Below, in pieces: positions 1-9,704 of a stretch of 64,000 nucleotides of DNA. Numbering within the stretch: the stretch's first letter is position 1; each line of letters opens with the position of its first letter. The stretch is taken from positions 256,001 to 320,000 of the forward strand of contig OZ242351.1 of the NCBI GenBank assembly GCA_965208675.1, written 5' to 3'. Source of the DNA: Candidatus Poribacteria bacterium (lineage in GTDB: Bacteria; Poribacteria; WGA-4E; PCPOR2b). The position numbers and the translations under genes are program-made. The notes under the pieces were generated by a model. That model made no database searches. It saw only the letters and a program-made list of their open reading frames with translations, and was not told where the DNA came from.

Positions 1-1
1 A

Positions 2-826
2 ACGGAGCTTGGCGCTGAAGTGAGTCATGTCGAAAGCAGAACACCTTCTGAATGGGAGGAACACTTCCGGTTTTACGCCGAAAAGGGTTTCAATCTCGTC
101 ATCGGGCACGGATTTGAGTATCAGGAAGCCGCGAAGGCGGTTTCCCCCGATTTCCCGAACGCCGTATTTGTCACAACTTCCGGCAGTACGGTTATGAAAA
201 ATGTCGCATCAATCGTCTTCGAGCTTGAGGAGGCGACCTATCTCTTGGGTATCATTTCCGGGATGATGACGCAAACTGGCAAAATTGGGCTGGTTGGAGG
301 CATGAATATCCCGCCCATTAAGAGCACCTTTCTTGCGTTCGAGGAAGGAGCGAAATCCGTGAATCCCGACATTAAAATCTCTCGCTCTTATGTGGGCGAT
401 TGGGAAAATATAAGCAAGGCAAAGGAGTTAGCGCTGTCTCAAATTGCGGAAGGCACCGACTTCATCTTCCATAACGCCGACGCTGCCGGGCAGGGCGTTT
501 TCCACGCTGTAGAAGAGAGCCGCAAAGCCGGTGTGGACATCTACGCTTACGGCTCGAACCGCAATCAAAACCACATCGCCCCGGACGCGATTCTTGCAAG
601 CGCTGTCATTGATACGAAGGTTTTTGTGCACGTCGCAAATCTTGTCAAAACCGGCAAATTTGAACCCAAGGTTATGCGCCTCGGAATGGCGGAAGATGAG
701 ATGGTGAAACTCGTTTACAATCCCAAGCTGAAAGATCGCGTGCCAAAAGCTGTTACTGACAAAGTTGAGGAAACCCGGCAGATGATTCTTGCCGGAACAT
801 TCAAAGCGCCAAGAGTGAAGTTTTAG
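2..826 (+). CDS. BMP (PnrA/Med) family ABC transporter substrate-binding protein, 5'-partial
   Basis: Frame is open from the window edge; motifs VIGHGFEY, YLLGIISG..TQTGKIGLVGG, YVGDWENISKAKELA and ADAAGQG fit the Bmp family. Confidence 0.85.
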   Translation, partial: TELGAEVSHVESRTPSEWEEHFRFYAEKGFNLVIGHGFEYQEAAKAVSPDFPNAVFVTTSGSTVMKNVASIVFELEEATYLLGIISGMMTQTGKIGLVGGMNIPPIKSTFLAFEEGAKSVNPDIKISRSYVGDWENISKAKELALSQIAEGTDFIFHNADAAGQGVFHAVEESRKAGVDIYAYGSNRNQNHIAPDAILASAVIDTKVFVHVANLVKTGKFEPKVMRLGMAEDEMVKLVYNPKLKDRVPKAVTDKVEETRQMILAGTFKAPRVKF

Positions 827-899
827 TTCATCGCCGCGTCCAAAAATTGGTTTTGCACCCTTCCTTCCGCTCAACTAGTCAATAAAAATCTGTGTGTCA

Positions 900-1853
900 T
901 TAGAATCCAAGCTGTTTGTCCACGATATTCTTCAAGGGTTCGCCATTCAGGTATCGCTTCAGGTTTTCGCAAAAGAACTCCGCTGCGCGGCGTACACGGT
1001 GCTGCGACCTACCCGCTACATGCGGCGTAAGAAGTACACTGTCCATATCCCACAGCGGGCTGTCCTCTGGCAACGGCTCAACTTCAGTTACATCCAACCC
1101 TGCGCCGGCAATCTTCCCCGCCTTGAGCGCCTCAATGAGTGCAGGTTCGTCAACAATCTTGCCGCGGGCGACATTGATAAGATAGGCGGTCGGCTTCATC
1201 AGCGCTAGGTTGTCCGCATTGACAAGGTGATAGGTCTCCTCGGTGAGCGGGCAAGCAATCATCACCACATCTGAGCGGCGCATCAACTCCGGGAGTTGGT
1301 CAATCGGCATCAATTCATCGACAAAATCCGGCTTATCTTGCCGGTATGCATCTACCGCAATGATACGCATGTCAAATCCTATGCCGCGTTTCGCCATATG
1401 TATTCCAAATCCACCCAATCCAATGATACCGAGCGTTAATCCGCCAATCTCAATCAATTGATTTGGCTTACGCCATTCATGTTTGGTGTGGTTGATAGCG
1501 GCGCCCTTTATATCGCGCGTTAGACCGAGCAATAGCGCGTACGCATGCTCAGCCGCGTGCGATCCGTACACGCCCGCCACGCTGGTCAAGACAACCTCAC
1601 TATTTTTTAACGCGGGATACAGTTGAGCGTCCATCCCCGCGCTGTGGCTCTGAATCCATTTGAGTCGTGTCAAATAGGGGAATGTCTCTTCAAGACAGTT
1701 TCCGAAATAAACTTGCGCGTCCTCGCCCGTTTCGATAATCTCTTCTTGTGAACGTGGAAAGACAACAGTATGCTCGCCGCCGGCCGCGTCGCGGATGAGT
1801 TGGTGCAGCCGCTCGTTTAACACGTACACGCTAACATCAACAAGAATCTTCAT
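900..1853 (-). CDS. D-2-hydroxyacid dehydrogenase
   Basis: Rossmann GIIGLGGFG, PLTEETYHLVN, INVARG, AGLDV..VEPLP and catalytic TPHVAG. Confidence 0.92.
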   Translation of the reverse strand: MKILVDVSVYVLNERLHQLIRDAAGGEHTVVFPRSQEEIIETGEDAQVYFGNCLEETFPYLTRLKWIQSHSAGMDAQLYPALKNSEVVLTSVAGVYGSHAAEHAYALLLGLTRDIKGAAINHTKHEWRKPNQLIEIGGLTLGIIGLGGFGIHMAKRGIGFDMRIIAVDAYRQDKPDFVDELMPIDQLPELMRRSDVVMIACPLTEETYHLVNADNLALMKPTAYLINVARGKIVDEPALIEALKAGKIAGAGLDVTEVEPLPEDSPLWDMDSVLLTPHVAGRSQHRVRRAAEFFCENLKRYLNGEPLKNIVDKQLGF

Positions 1854-2034
1854 TCAGTTTAGTTCCTTTCAAAAATCAAATACTCCTAAAAACTTGGCAA
1901 TAATATCCTTTGCTGCCGGTGCTAATTTCACGCCCAAATCTGCGATTGAGGGAATTGCGCGGTTGCGTTGCCGACCGCATCTCGTCAAAAACGATTACGA
2001 TATTCCAATAATTGAACTTTATGATAGCCGACCG

Positions 2035-2063
2035 ATTCTATCACAAGCGCACGAATCCGTCAA
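2035..2063 (-). promoter_or_regulatory. sigma70-like promoter for the dehydrogenase
   Basis: Minus strand reads TTGACG-N17-TAGAAT with an extended -10 TG. Confidence 0.55.
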
Positions 2064-2139
2064 GTCGTGAAACCGCCCGCATTAGCTGGCAACAAACCTG
2101 ACTTATTTGACGGGATTAATGCATTTTTGCAAAGGTCAA

Positions 2140-2248
2140 GTTTAGCGCAGACTCTCTCGTTCCTTAGCTCCTTTTCCCCGGCGGCGCAGAAGGCAACTTG
2201 AAACTGAGTTTTTTCTTGAAAACTCAGTTTCTTTAACTGTGTCTAAAC
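2140..2248. repeat. Nested palindromic intergenic element (REP/MITE-like)
   Basis: Perfect 13-bp inverted repeat GAAACTGAGTTTT (2200-2212) / AAAACTCAGTTTC (2219-2231), inside imperfect outer arms GTTTAGCGCAG (2140-2150) / CTGTGTCTAAAC (2237-2248). Confidence 0.6.
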
Positions 2249-2330
2249 CATCGCCGTGACTGATAAAGGATATTCGAATTTCCGCCTGCACCAAAGAGTG
2301 TAATTTCCAAGTGTGATTCTACGGTTTTCA

Positions 2331-2360
2331 TTGCTAATTCACCCGGCATAGAGATATAAT
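2331..2360 (+). promoter_or_regulatory. sigma70-like promoter for the LamG gene
   Basis: TTGCTA-N18-TATAAT, about 130 nt upstream of the ATG. Confidence 0.45.
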
Positions 2361-2492
2361 AGGAATCCTCGAGCGTTGAAAAATTTAACCGTTCCTCTTT
2401 CTCACCCGCGATGGAAAACGGTAGGAGTCAAGAAACTCCCTCTTAATTTTACAGAATTGGAAATGCTGTACTAACCACGGGAGATGACATAA

Positions 2493-3293
2493 ATGAAACC
2501 CTCAACTAACATTCATGCATTTATCAGCGTTGCTATCCTATATGCCGCAATTCTCTCGGCACCCGGTAATGCCGCTATCGACCCCGAAACCGCAGTGGCG
2601 GTCTGGCTCTTTAACGAGGGCGAGGGAAATGAAGTCAAGGACGAGACAGATAACCCTGCTAACCTGACGGGTGTGTTAAAGGGCAGGGAAATTACGTGGA
2701 TTAAAGGTGTCTACGGTAACGCGGTAAATCTCGGAGTGGATGGCGATGTCGTAGCTGTTTCCGCGGCTTTCGGCGACGAGGCTGCTCCCACGGAAGAGAT
2801 TACAATCGTGGCATGGATTCGTTGGAATCCAAAAACCAACACAGACCTCTTTTTCTTCGTTCCGCCTGAACCCTGGGATAACCGAATTGCAGTGCATTTT
2901 CCATGGGGCGCGGACGGTATTGCATGGCAGTTTGGCAGGCCAATGGCAAACCTAAACGCCCCGATGCCAAAAAACTTTGAGGATGATTGGCATCACGTTG
3001 CGTTTACCGGCTCCGGTAAGAAAATGGCGATTTGGATTGATGGCAAGATTGTCGCCGACAGGGCCGGCGTGACTCCCTTCGTACGCGGAAACAACCGTGC
3101 TTGGCATATCGGCGGTCGAGCCGGCACCACTTTCGAGGGCGGCGTTGACGAGGTGGCGGTTTTTAATGTGGTCTTAACCCAAGCAGATATCAAAGCAATA
3201 AAAGATAGGGGACTCAGTCATGCCGTCGGATTAGCCGTCGATCCATCAGGCAAACTCACGACAGCTTGGGGCAACATTAAATCACGCGATTAA
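2493..3293 (+). CDS. Secreted LamG-like jellyroll (Laminin_G_3) protein with conserved C-terminal tail
   Basis: Signal peptide; AVWLFNEGEG, ITIVAWI, WHHVAFT, IWIDG, FEGGVDEVAVFNVVLT; tail LAVDPSGKLTTAWGNIK. Confidence 0.88.
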   Translation: MKPSTNIHAFISVAILYAAILSAPGNAAIDPETAVAVWLFNEGEGNEVKDETDNPANLTGVLKGREITWIKGVYGNAVNLGVDGDVVAVSAAFGDEAAPTEEITIVAWIRWNPKTNTDLFFFVPPEPWDNRIAVHFPWGADGIAWQFGRPMANLNAPMPKNFEDDWHHVAFTGSGKKMAIWIDGKIVADRAGVTPFVRGNNRAWHIGGRAGTTFEGGVDEVAVFNVVLTQADIKAIKDRGLSHAVGLAVDPSGKLTTAWGNIKSRD

Positions 3294-3403
3294 CCGAGCG
3301 AAATTCTTCTATGATGACGGATGCTTTCGTGCGAAAACCAGACAGAATAGACTTACTCCTAAAACTCATGCCTTGTTGGTTCTAGCTGCAGCAACATCAT
3401 AAC

Positions 3404-4171
3404 ATGGACGTATTTGACGCAATCGCACGCCGCAGGAGCTATCGCAAAGAGTTTCGGAAGGAACCCATCGCTCAATCCGATGTGGATAGGCTCATTGAAG
3501 CTGCGCGGTGGGCGCCTTCCCCGTTTAATGTCCAACCGTGGGAGTTGCTCATAATCCGAGAAACGCAGGGCAAAAATGCGATCGCCGACCTTACCGAACG
3601 GTGCATCATTGAGCAGTTCAAGAATGCGAAGTTTCTTGATGACAACAGCCGCTGGATGCGCTTGACGGAGGACGAGTGGCATGAACACGGCGACGGAATT
3701 CTGCTCGCAGATCACGTCGACCTGCCGCCAATCTTACTGGAAGATCCAAAAAAACTCGCGCCGCTCCTCAAGAATGCAAAACACTTGAGCGTCTTGGGGC
3801 ATCTGGGCGCTGGGCGAAAACCTGCGGAAACAATCTCCAACCTCATTCGAAACTCCCCCCTGTTAATGCTGGTATTGATGGATTGTAGAAAACGTCCGCC
3901 GGGGGATGGCGGGCGGCGCTGGATGTCGCTGAGCATGGGAGCCATGATTCAAAACCTACTGTTAGCCGCGGCAGCGCTTGAAATTGGCACACAGTTCATC
4001 AGCGCACCCTTGGAACGTCACGGGGATTGCGAACAGATTCGCCAGATTTTCAACATTCCTGCCGACTACGAAGTCGTCAGCCTATTGCGGCTGGGATATG
4101 CGGAGTCAATGCCTGGAAAGTCTGTACGTTTGGGTGCATCCGCATTTGTTAAACATGAAAAATTCAAGTGA
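3404..4171 (+). CDS. Nitroreductase family protein
   Basis: AIARRRSYR, LIEAARWAPSPFNVQPWELLII, QNLLLAAAALEIGT. Confidence 0.9.
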   Translation: MDVFDAIARRRSYRKEFRKEPIAQSDVDRLIEAARWAPSPFNVQPWELLIIRETQGKNAIADLTERCIIEQFKNAKFLDDNSRWMRLTEDEWHEHGDGILLADHVDLPPILLEDPKKLAPLLKNAKHLSVLGHLGAGRKPAETISNLIRNSPLLMLVLMDCRKRPPGDGGRRWMSLSMGAMIQNLLLAAAALEIGTQFISAPLERHGDCEQIRQIFNIPADYEVVSLLRLGYAESMPGKSVRLGASAFVKHEKFK

Positions 4172-4186
4172 AAGGTAGAAACAAGC

Positions 4187-4588
4187 TTGAAAGATTCGAT
4201 AAATCACGCGCAATCAACGCAATCCGCAGAAGCGCAGACGTCCGAATCCGCTCAGGGTTTTGAACCGGAAAAACACGAAATCTCGGTTCATGAGCTCAAG
4301 CAGAAACGCGATCGAAATGAGCCGATTGTGTTGCTTGATGTTCGCGAGCACGACGAGTACGACATTGTCCATTTTGAAGACGCGCTTTTAATCCCCGTGA
4401 ACGAGTTGCCCCAGCACACGCATCGGCTTGGTAGAGACAGCGAAATCGTCATCCATTGCCATACAGGGATGCGAAGCATGTACGCGGCTGCCTACTTATA
4501 TCAACTCGGTTATCGGAACGTTAAGAGTTTAACCGGTGGGATTGATCAATGGGCGATTGAGATTGATTCGACACTGAACCGCTACTGA
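4187..4588 (+). CDS. Single-domain rhodanese resembling the MoeZ C-terminal domain
   Basis: LLDVREHDEY, active-site CHTGMRS, C-terminal SLTGGIDQWAIEIDSTLNRY. Confidence 0.85.
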   Translation: MKDSINHAQSTQSAEAQTSESAQGFEPEKHEISVHELKQKRDRNEPIVLLDVREHDEYDIVHFEDALLIPVNELPQHTHRLGRDSEIVIHCHTGMRSMYAAAYLYQLGYRNVKSLTGGIDQWAIEIDSTLNRY

Positions 4589-4637
4589 ACTGAATGGCCT
4601 CCGGCATGCATCGCCGCCTTCGTCCAGTGCGCTGAAT

Positions 4638-5867
4638 CTATGCGGCTTGCGCGTCATAACATACCTTTCCGCCGACAACAGTTAGCAGATTAAAAGCCGC
4701 ATCATCAAAAATCTGCGCTATGACAGGTTGACCGCTGTTCGGAAGTTCAACGGCGATAAAGTCTGCCTGCCACCCTTTTTCTAACGCCCCGACTTGATTT
4801 AATCGAAGCCCGCGTGCGCCGTTTATTGTCGCCATATCTAGAAGCGTCTCTGGTGGAAGGCATTCCCACGTTCGGCCCAAAAATCGAAGTTCATCAAGCA
4901 TGCTTAGCGACCAGTTGCTGGCGAGGCTGTCCGTTCCGATAGCCGCGTTCACACCGGCTGCAAGCAGTCGCAAAAGCGGGTGATCGGTATGGTAAAAGTA
5001 GTGGTGGCTGCGTGGGCAAAATACAACGGACGCTCCGCTGTCCGCAAGCGTCTGAATACATTCATCTGTCAGGTAGTTACAATGTGCTAAAAGCGGACGC
5101 GTTTCTAACACGCCAAGTGCCTTCATGTGCTGCACCGGCGTCCGATTCGGCAGCCGCCAGTCTTCCATTGGAATCTGTAAAGCCTTGAGCAAGTCCGCGA
5201 ATGCACCCGTCCCCGTAGCCAAAAACTCAACCTCCGCTTGAGTTTCTGACAAATGTGTGCACAACGGTAAATTGCGAGTTAACGCGAGTTCACAACAGTG
5301 TCGGTAAAGGGAGTCAGCCGTGGAATACGGGGCGTGGGGCGACACACCGTACGTTAGGAGAGCATCCGGCTCTGGCGCGGTTTCGAGATGTGAATTAATC
5401 CGCCGAACTCCAATCTGCGACCGTTCCCGTGAAAATCCCGTCGTCTCGAAAAACACCACTTTGCGGATGGGCGCGTCTTTGAGGGTTTGTACCGATTGTC
5501 CAAATCCATGAATGTCGCCGACGGTAGTTGTTCCTCCCGATAAACTCATTTGCACGCCGCTTTGGATCGCACGGTCAACCCATGCCTTGTCCGACTGCTG
5601 ATTGCGAACAATTTGTAGCAGCCAATCCGTAAGCTGCGGCGTCCGGTCAACAAACGCACCGTGGTTAGTCAACTCAAGATGGGTGTGGCTGTTGACCAAT
5701 CCCGGGAGAATGGTTGCCTCGCCCAAATCTCGTATAGGGCCCGCCCCCGCACGTCGAACTGTTGAATACCGACCAACATCCACAATCTCCGACCCGTGAA
5801 TCGCAACCGCGCCGTTGTCGATAATCTGGCGGCTATTGGGAAGGATAAACTTCGCACGGAAAATCAC
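4638..5867 (-). CDS. Metal-dependent amidohydrolase (MTA/SAH or aminodeoxyfutalosine deaminase-like)
   Basis: LPGLVNSHTHLE, SPHAPYS, HLSE, AHCNYL, GTDSLASN. Start moved to GTG at 5867 because the longer ORF overlaps the upstream gene. Confidence 0.8.
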   Translation of the reverse strand: MIFRAKFILPNSRQIIDNGAVAIHGSEIVDVGRYSTVRRAGAGPIRDLGEATILPGLVNSHTHLELTNHGAFVDRTPQLTDWLLQIVRNQQSDKAWVDRAIQSGVQMSLSGGTTTVGDIHGFGQSVQTLKDAPIRKVVFFETTGFSRERSQIGVRRINSHLETAPEPDALLTYGVSPHAPYSTADSLYRHCCELALTRNLPLCTHLSETQAEVEFLATGTGAFADLLKALQIPMEDWRLPNRTPVQHMKALGVLETRPLLAHCNYLTDECIQTLADSGASVVFCPRSHHYFYHTDHPLLRLLAAGVNAAIGTDSLASNWSLSMLDELRFLGRTWECLPPETLLDMATINGARGLRLNQVGALEKGWQADFIAVELPNSGQPVIAQIFDDAAFNLLTVVGGKVCYDAQAA

Positions 5868-5892
5868 CCGATGTTCTTCACCTTTGTCTCTG

Positions 5893-6819
5893 CTACGGTT
5901 TATATAGCTGCTCAGGTTGCCAGCCGGGGGGATACCCCATCGGCCAGTCTGAATAGCCAAACAACTCACGGAGTCCGTCCGGATTTCCACACAGCCAAAA
6001 AAACATCTCTGCTGTGTCAAACCAGTCTCTGAATTGCTGGCGCGGCGGCTGAAGGAAGGGGCCGTCAACGCTATATTCCGCAGTGGCAGGGTCAAAGTCC
6101 GGTTCAACCACCCAGTCTCGCTCCGGTTTAACCGTCCGCCAATAACAGTATTTCAGCATATTGCGGATCCCGTGAGCCGTGGATTCGGACCGGCGATGCC
6201 AAATTGAATAGACGGTGATAAAAATTGTGCCTGCCGATGCGGCGGTGTTTATCGAAGAACGAATGTTCGAATAATGCCCCATGCACCTCGAAAGCGTAAA
6301 ATAGAAATGAGATGTCGGTACCAGACCCGTCGGTCCGAGTTCTATAGGCGTGTCCTGCGGATAATAGAATACCTGAAGGTGGTTGAGTGCCGGTCCGTGG
6401 CGGGATCCGCCGTCTCTATGCCAGCCCTGCGACGGTGCAGGACATTCGATTCGATGGTTAGCCACCCCTTTTGGAAGCATGAAGTTTTTGCCCAACAGCG
6501 ACCGCACTGCCCCTGCAGCCTGCGGGTTGAGAAGAATATGTTCAATGAACCAATCTTCGTTAAGCAGTTCGATAGGTTGTCCCGTCGGATTTGCAGTCAA
6601 ATAATCGTACGTCCTTCGGTTTATCTCGTCCGGAACGGCGCCCTCAAGCATCAGATACCCCATTTTGCAGAATTCTACGACCTGATTGTCGGTCAGCGAA
6701 GGGGTAATCTCGCTCAAAACCACACCATCTTTCACTTGAAGATCGGGTTTGGAAAGTTCTACGGTATGCGTGTCAGTTCTCACTGGGCTAATTGCCCCTT
6801 TAATCGGCGGTCTTGCCAT
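5893..6819 (-). CDS. PhyH-family Fe(II)/2-oxoglutarate dioxygenase
   Basis: FCKMGYLMLEG, WHRDG (HxD), GPTGLVPTSH, distal IWH and a downstream Arg (IRNMLK). Confidence 0.82.
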   Translation of the reverse strand: MARPPIKGAISPVRTDTHTVELSKPDLQVKDGVVLSEITPSLTDNQVVEFCKMGYLMLEGAVPDEINRRTYDYLTANPTGQPIELLNEDWFIEHILLNPQAAGAVRSLLGKNFMLPKGVANHRIECPAPSQGWHRDGGSRHGPALNHLQVFYYPQDTPIELGPTGLVPTSHFYFTLSRCMGHYSNIRSSINTAASAGTIFITVYSIWHRRSESTAHGIRNMLKYCYWRTVKPERDWVVEPDFDPATAEYSVDGPFLQPPRQQFRDWFDTAEMFFWLCGNPDGLRELFGYSDWPMGYPPGWQPEQLYKP

Positions 6820-7126
6820 CTCTCCATAGTCCCTTCAGTTTCTGTGTGTTACCAAATTATTGTCGTGTCTCATTATCAGCGATTTCGTTAGAACCTGCAT
6901 AATAATCCATTCATTTGAGCATCATTACTCTTTTGCCAAAGCCCCGGAGGGGATCTTCGATCATCAATTCGAAGATAGTTTTTTCAGTAAAATTGCAGCG
7001 TCAATTTACGATACATCGAATGCCCCAGCCGGGCGGCGGACTACTGTTGCAGGAATACACACACCGCTGAAGCCTCTCCAGAGGTTGAATTTAACAAAAT
7101 GAAATGAATGAACTGAATCCATGACG

Positions 7127-7567
7127 TCATCCTTCCCGATTCGGACGCTTCTGCGATTGTGAAGGCGTATGCTGATGGGCAGAAGACACACCTTCCGGAC
7201 GTGGGTCGGGCGCTTCGGCTGGATTTAAAATGTAGTCGAAACTCAGCCACAAACTGCGAGAATACCGGAAGAAGAAGATGGGAAAAGGTACACAGAAGAC
7301 AATCCAAAGAATAACGTTTAGATAATATGCGATAGGTGTCAAATACTCCAACGCAAAAAAACCGGCAAATGCCATGATATTCGTCGCGCCGTAGTTGATA
7401 TACATCGCACCGACAAAATATCCCATCTCGCGCTCAAACTTGAAATGGCAGCAACTACACTCCGAGCACATTTTGAACATACCCGAAAACAAATCGCCTT
7501 CACCACAAGATGGACATTTAAGGCGCAGCCCCGCGCTCAAAATTCCGTGCACGCTGTGTTTCCGCAT
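7127..7567 (-). CDS. DUF983 family membrane protein
   Basis: KCPSCGEGDLF..CSECSCC zinc-ribbon-like segment, REMGYFVGAMYINY, two TM helices, FRYSRSLWL. Confidence 0.8.
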   Translation of the reverse strand: MRKHSVHGILSAGLRLKCPSCGEGDLFSGMFKMCSECSCCHFKFEREMGYFVGAMYINYGATNIMAFAGFFALEYLTPIAYYLNVILWIVFCVPFPIFFFRYSRSLWLSFDYILNPAEAPDPRPEGVSSAHQHTPSQSQKRPNREG

Positions 7568-7633
7568 GTATTGTTCCGCCTCCTTGAACTCGCGCCTTCA
7601 ATACGTTATAATTTGCGTTGCGGCTGTATCCTT

Positions 7634-7662
7634 ATTCTAGCACAGCTCGTCAGGGATGTCAA
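7634..7662 (-). promoter_or_regulatory. sigma70-like promoter for the DUF983 gene
   Basis: Minus strand reads TTGACA-N17-TAGAAT with an extended -10 TG. Confidence 0.65.
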
Positions 7663-7881
7663 TTCAGTCTTGATACCGGGCGGCAATGATTTTTCCTGAC
7701 TGGTCTCAATGAATTCCACGCGGACTCTACCCCGAATAAAAACCTTAGGCGCCCAGGCACTTCCCCGCAAATCTGTTCGGTATTTACGCGGTTAATGCGG
7801 TCCCATGATGTACGTATTCCAATACGAACGCAAACCTAGTTTACGGCATATTCCAAACATATTTGAGAACTCATTGACTGT

Positions 7882-9039
7882 ATGAATTACCTTCAATCGA
7901 TTGCATTGCGGATTAACGCGTACGTCAATAACGTCATCACTGGAAGGCAAAAGGGTCCTGTGCCCGTCCTTATCCAATTCGTGCTAATGCCGATGAGTTG
8001 GCTTTACAGTGTTGTCGTCAGGGTTCGGAACAGACTCTATAGTTCAGGGATGCTCAAAATAAAGCGGTTGCCCTGTCCCGTTATCAGCGTGGGGAACATC
8101 GTTGCCGGCGGCACCGGTAAAACGCCAACCGTAATCTGGATTGCTAAGCATCTACAAGCCAAGGGATGCCCTGTAGCGGTGTTGCTGCGGGGATATGGGC
8201 GGCAATACCGAACGGCAACGACAGTTGTCTCGGATGGGGACCAAATGCTCGGTGGCGTTGAGGAATGCGGCGATGAGGCGATGATGATTGCCCGAGCCGT
8301 GCCCGGATGCATCGTCATCGTTGGCAAAAATCGATACGATGCAGGGTGCGCTGCCATCCGGATGATGGGCGTCTCGACGGGGGTACTAATCTTGGACGAC
8401 GGCTTTCAACATCGCCGCCTGCATCGCGGCCTCGACATCGTCACGGTAGACAGCACACAACCGGTTGGTACCGGTAATTTGCTGCCGGCGGGCACATTGA
8501 GAGAGACCAACGCCGCGTTGAAACGCGCTGACATCGTTTTGCTCACGCGAACCGATCAGCAGTTAGCTCCAACTAGTCAATCTACTAGACCCGCTGATCA
8601 GAAGAGCGCCGCGTTGGAAGGCATCGTTGATCCGGACAATATTTACGAAAGCCGCCATTGTCCTACGGCGCTCTACGAATTGAAATCGAGGCAACCCGCC
8701 CCGCTGGATCGGCTGAACGGGAAGCGAATACTCGCCGTGTGCGGCATCGGTGCGCCCGACGCCTTCGCCGAAACCCTTCGCCAACATGGCGCCGTGCAGG
8801 TTACTCTCATCGCATTCCCCGACCACCATCGGTACCGCTCGGACGACTATAGGCATATTAGCGCCCAATTCGGCGAGATCGGCGCTGATATGATAGTGAC
8901 GACTGAAAAGGACGCCCAACGAATGGCCGGTTTCGAAGGGTTGGGGTGCTTTGTGTTAGCAGTTACACTGGAGATTTCCAAGAATCAGAACGAGTTCAGC
9001 CGCCGGCTGATGCGCGCTATTCACCCGACGCATTCTTAA
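7882..9039 (+). CDS. lpxK: Tetraacyldisaccharide 4'-kinase
   Basis: PVISVGNIVAGGTGKTP, RGYGR, GDEA, LDDGFQH, LLPAGTLRE, FPDHH, TTEKDA. Confidence 0.96.
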   Translation: MNYLQSIALRINAYVNNVITGRQKGPVPVLIQFVLMPMSWLYSVVVRVRNRLYSSGMLKIKRLPCPVISVGNIVAGGTGKTPTVIWIAKHLQAKGCPVAVLLRGYGRQYRTATTVVSDGDQMLGGVEECGDEAMMIARAVPGCIVIVGKNRYDAGCAAIRMMGVSTGVLILDDGFQHRRLHRGLDIVTVDSTQPVGTGNLLPAGTLRETNAALKRADIVLLTRTDQQLAPTSQSTRPADQKSAALEGIVDPDNIYESRHCPTALYELKSRQPAPLDRLNGKRILAVCGIGAPDAFAETLRQHGAVQVTLIAFPDHHRYRSDDYRHISAQFGEIGADMIVTTEKDAQRMAGFEGLGCFVLAVTLEISKNQNEFSRRLMRAIHPTHS

Positions 9040-9142
9040 CACACCTCGCACGTCTCATGTTTAAATTCGACATTTGACACAAATTGTGGTAAACTACGGC
9101 ACAGGCGTCAACGGCGAAACGCCCAAAAAGGAGAGGTACGGC

Positions 9143-9460
9143 ATGTACGTTATCATCGCACCAATTCAGATTAAGGATGGACACAGAGATGCCTTCATAG
9201 AAGCCATGCTGGACGATGCTAAAGGCTCAATGAAAAATGAGCCCGGCTGTCTGAGATTTGATGTGATTCAAGACAGCGGCGACCCGAATCGCATATGGCT
9301 CTACGAGGTTTACGTAGATGAGGCAGCGTTTGAAGCCCATCGTCAAGCCCCCCACTTCATTAAGTGGCGTAATACCGTCGAGGACTGGCGCGATGAAGGC
9401 CCCAAGGGCGCCGGTTTGGGTAGTTACAACATTTGGCCCTCGGACAGCGACTGGAAATAG
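9143..9460 (+). CDS. ABM/LsrG-like putative quinol monooxygenase
   Basis: EPGCLRFDVIQD, LYEVY.DEAAFEAHRQAPHF; AGGAGAGG SD upstream of ATG 9143. Confidence 0.85.
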   Translation: MYVIIAPIQIKDGHRDAFIEAMLDDAKGSMKNEPGCLRFDVIQDSGDPNRIWLYEVYVDEAAFEAHRQAPHFIKWRNTVEDWRDEGPKGAGLGSYNIWPSDSDWK

Positions 9461-9500
9461 AACTTGTTAGTAACATCACAATCCAACGCAGCACCACACG

Positions 9501-9617
9501 GTAGGAGCGATCTCCGAATCGTGACACCCTCCGGTCAATTAATTGTTCCAACCGCCCCTAACCCATCCTTTGTAAGGAGGGGAATAGCAACTAAAATCCT
9601 CCCCATTGCCAAGGGGA
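9501..9617. repeat. Decayed REP-like palindrome cluster between convergent genes
   Basis: GTAG-headed GTAGGAGCGATCTCCGAATCGTGAC (9501-9525), then CCCCTAACCCATCCTTTGTAAGGAGGGGA and TCCTCCCCATTGCCAAGGGGA hairpins. Confidence 0.45.
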
Positions 9618-9704
9618 ATCAATTCAGTGAATAGGAAGGGATCAACCGACCGAAAAGGGAGGGCGATAGTTTTCTTATAGCCTTAACTTCTCCGCTCCCT
9701 ATCG

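Noticed and set aside
1890-1935. SAM-I-like GGTGCTAATTTC
   Set aside because: On the opposite strand to the adjacent gene and lacking the ATC..GAG and GCAACC core.
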